Part shown: in pieces, positions 60,413 through 64,000 of the stretch
Position numbering within the stretch: the stretch's first letter is position 1
How the letters are laid out: every line of letters begins with the position of its first letter
Origin: Paraspadella gotoi
Lineage: Eukaryota; Animalia; Chaetognatha
Assembly: GCA_051294375.1 (NCBI GenBank)
Contig: CM119263.1
Span: 1,352,510 to 1,416,509 of the forward strand
Length of the DNA stretch: 64,000 bases
Direction of reading: 5' to 3'
Position numbers and translations under genes: made by a program
The notes under the pieces: model-generated
Told to the model about the DNA's origin: nothing
Databases searched by the model: none
The model's input: only the letters and a program-made list of their open reading frames with translations

Positions 60413-62313
60413 GATTCGGCCGAGGTTCCGGATTCTGACCAACCGGAATAAAAAAAAAGGGAAATTGGAAATCCAAGGACCAAATCTCCATAAACGGAGT
60501 TGATGACGCGCGGCGCCGGCCGCGCCCGTGACATGCCGACCACGATGCCAGTGTCGGGTCAGTGCCACGCCTTGAATACGACGCCGTTGCAGCGCGGCAT
60601 TTTTTTAGCTGAGCAAAAGGACGCCGGTAGGGGCAGCCAGAGAGACGACGCCGACCCAATATACACTGACGACGATTCCATTCGCTTTTTGAACATCTCT
60701 CTACTTTAGAGTGTGAAAAATGTGAGATTTGGATTTCTGATTTAACAAAATAAAAGAGTTTAATTTTACTAAACCAAATAAAAATGAAATGTGTCATTAT
60801 TTAAATATATTTAAATAGATGTATGGACGGACAGACTGGTAAAGTGACTTATAGAGTCGCGCGTCGATTACGCGACTAAAAAAAAAAAAGAAATCGATGA
60901 AAATCGCGGGAAAAACTGGTGAGAGTTGGAAACCAGTCGACTCGGCCGGAGAGAGAAGGATGAGAAAAATACGTGAGAAGAGGAGGAAAGAGAAGAGACT
61001 GAAAAGAGAAGAGAAAGATGGAGGGGAGAGAAAAAAAAGATGGAGGAAAGAGAGAAGAAAGAAAAGAGAAGATATAGATGGAGGAAAGAGAGAAGAAAGA
61101 TAAGAGATTGGTAAAACTGAATGAGACAGAGAAGAATGAGAAGAAAAAAAAAGAAAAAAAGAGAAGAGAAGAGAAGAGGAGAAGGAAAAAAGAGGTGGGA
61201 GAGAAATTGTTATGAAGCATTTATTTTGTTGTTTTGTTTTTTAACTGAATCAAGTATTGCAGATGTCGCGCCTATCCTTTGCTAACATTTAACATTTGAG
61301 ACAGAATGAATGAGTACAAAAATGGTCAGCTATTTATAGTCGACAATCGGATCAACGACATGGGCTCGGTTTCCCGATGGCATGAAGCCCGTCTTCTCAT
61401 TGGTTGATTCCCGACGATGATTCATCCAATCGGCGAGTCCTTGGTAGATTTCATCCGAGTCGCGGATCCGATTCAATTCTTGGTTCTGATTCCATCTGAA
61501 ATGCTAAGAATAATTCTCAATAAGAAGCTTTGTAGCAAAGTTAATGTTAAAATGGGACAATGAGAAAAGAAAAGGGAAATGAGAAAAGAAAAGGGAAATG
61601 AGAAAGGGAAATGAGAGAAATGAGAAAGAGAAAGGGAAATAAGAAAAAAATGAGAAAAGAAAAGGGAAATGAGAAAGGAAAAAGGGAAATGAGAAAAGAA
61701 AAGGAAATGAAAGAAAAGAAAGGGAAATGAGAAAGAAAGGGAAATGAGAAAGAAAAGGGAAATGAGAAAGGGAAAAGGAAATAAGAAAGGGCAAGGAAAT
61801 GAGAATAAGGAAAATGAGAAAGGAAAGGGAAATGAGAAAGGTAAAGGGAAATGAGAAAGAGAAAGGGAAATGAGAAAGGGAAAGGGAAATGAGATAGAGA
61901 AAGGGAAATGAGAAAGATTATGGAAATGAGAAAGGGAAAAGGATAAAAAGGCAAGGGAAATGAGAAAGGTAAAGGGAAGTGAGAAAGAGAAAGGGAAATG
62001 AGAAAGGGAAAGAGAAACAAAGATTTTGTCGGAGGTAGAGAAAAAATTACAATCGCCAAAGCGAGGAGGTAAGTCGCGCGATGAAACGAACTCACCCTCT
62101 GAACGAGTTGGAAGCTCGACTTCACTTCTGCTTCAATCTCGGTTCCAGGAAACTAATTTAACGAGATGATGACGACGACGACGACGACATCGGTGACGAC
62201 GACGACGACGACATCGGTGACGACGACGACGACGACGACATCGGTGACGACGACAAGGACAGATTCACTGCCATTAGTCGACTTAAAAAAGTCTCGAGTT
62301 ACCGAATTCAATC

Positions 62314-62388
<75 letters not shown>

Positions 62389-62416
62389 TTATTTCCTTCT
62401 AACGGTCGTGCTTTCA

Positions 62417-62487
<71 letters not shown>

Positions 62488-62514
62488 TATTTCCTTCTAA
62501 CGGCCGTGCTTTCA

Positions 62515-62591
<77 letters not shown>

Positions 62592-62911
62592 ATTTCCTTC
62601 TAACGGCCGTGCTTTCATCCATCGTTTGCCTTTGGCTCCTGAGTTGAAAAGAGAAAAATGAAAAAATAAAAAAGTGTAAAGAATAAAAAAAACTAAGGAA
62701 GAAAAAGAAAAGAAGGAAAAAGAAAGAAAAGACAAAAATGAAAAGAAAAGAACAGACAACAAGGAAAAAGAAAAGAACAGACAATAAGAAAAGAAAAGAA
62801 AAGACAAAAAGGAAAAAGAAAAAAGGCAAGAAGGAAAAAAAAAGAAAGACAAGAAGGAAAAAAAAAAGATTCATTCCGATCTCACCTCTTTTTTTTTTCT
62901 TTCCCAGGAAA

Positions 62912-62960
<49 letters not shown>

Positions 62961-63234
62961 GTGATCACCGAAAATTCACGTAAAACAAATCCATATTTTT
63001 TTGTTATTTCTCAAATTCGCCTTTTCTCAATTTACTACTCTTTTAAAATAACCAATAAATAAAACAAATCACAGTTTACTTTGAGACAAATAGTGTTTTT
63101 AATAATGAATTAAATTTTCCGCGCTCCGATTTTCAGTTACCATCGTGACTTCTTTAACGACAACAACGACAACTACAACGACAACAACGAGGCCGCATCT
63201 CCTCTTCTTTGGTTGAAACTTTGATCGATGACGA

Positions 63235-63630
63235 CAAAAGAATTAGAAAAAGAATTAAAAAAGAATTAGAAAAGAATTAGAAAATAAATTAGAAAAGAAT
63301 TAAAAAAGAATTTGAAAATAAGTTAGAAAATAATTAAAAAAAGAATTAGAAAATGAGTTAGAAAATGAATTAAAAAATGAATTAGAAAAAATAATTAGAA
63401 AAATAATTAGAAAAAGAATTAGAAAAAGAATTAAAAAAAAATTAGAAAAAGAATTTAAAGAAGAATTAGAAAAAGAATTAGAAAAAGAATTAAAAAAGAA
63501 TTAGAAAAAGAATTAGAAAAAGAATTAGAAAAGGAATTAAAAAAAGAATTAGAAAAAGAATTAAAAAAAAATTAGAAAAAGAATTAAAAAAGTATTTGAA
63601 AAAGTGTTAAAACAAGAATTAGAAAAAGGG
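63235..63630. repeat. ~12-bp tandem repeat (gaaaaagaatta)
   Basis: Visible tandem array. Confidence 0.9.
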
Positions 63631-64000
63631 AAAAACGAGAAAAGTGAAAAAAGGAAAGAATTGCACAAAAATAGAATTGCCAGTTTTGGAATGAAAGGCC
63701 ACTGGCACTATACCCATAGAACCTGTATTATCATTTAAACTATTTATTTATTATTTTTTTATCCACAAACATTCTTTTTTTTATTATTCTTTCTATTATA
63801 AGTATATATAAAACTGTCTTGAAGAAAAAGTATGTTTCAAACAAATCCTATGCGACTCTACGGTCAATAAAGTCTCCAATTCCTTTTAACTTATTCCATT
63901 CGATTCCATTACTTTCAAAAAAATTTCATTCCATTTCATTTTTTTACATTCATTTCAATTACATTACATTTTATTTCTTTCCATTCATTTAAATTAAATT

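Overview
Animal genomic DNA with short GT-AG introns. The first ~29 kb is gene-dense: 3' end of an IQ-motif gene, a very long bHLH (USF3-like) gene, UBC9/UBE2I, IQCK, a small TM ORF, UCKL1, MLF and a HAX1-like gene. A multi-exon alpha-2-adrenergic-like GPCR follows on the minus strand (29.1-38.6 kb), then ~25 kb of repeat-rich non-coding DNA with one N gap. The main finding is a set of small ribozyme-bearing retroelements. (i) A ~650-bp non-coding LTR element (TRIM/retrozyme-like; 20601-21252) whose two almost identical LTRs each carry a tRNA-like segment followed by a circularly permuted (type-P5) twister-ribozyme fold. (ii) An unrelated 255-bp solo LTR (30788-31042, 4-bp TSD) with a second type-P5 twister whose pseudoknot co-varies with the first. 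(iii) A third, partial twister-like module in an intron (27109-27147, minus strand). (iv) A Penelope-like insertion with a minimal hammerhead (8235-8533). All folds and exon boundaries were derived by eye; no database search or folding program was run.
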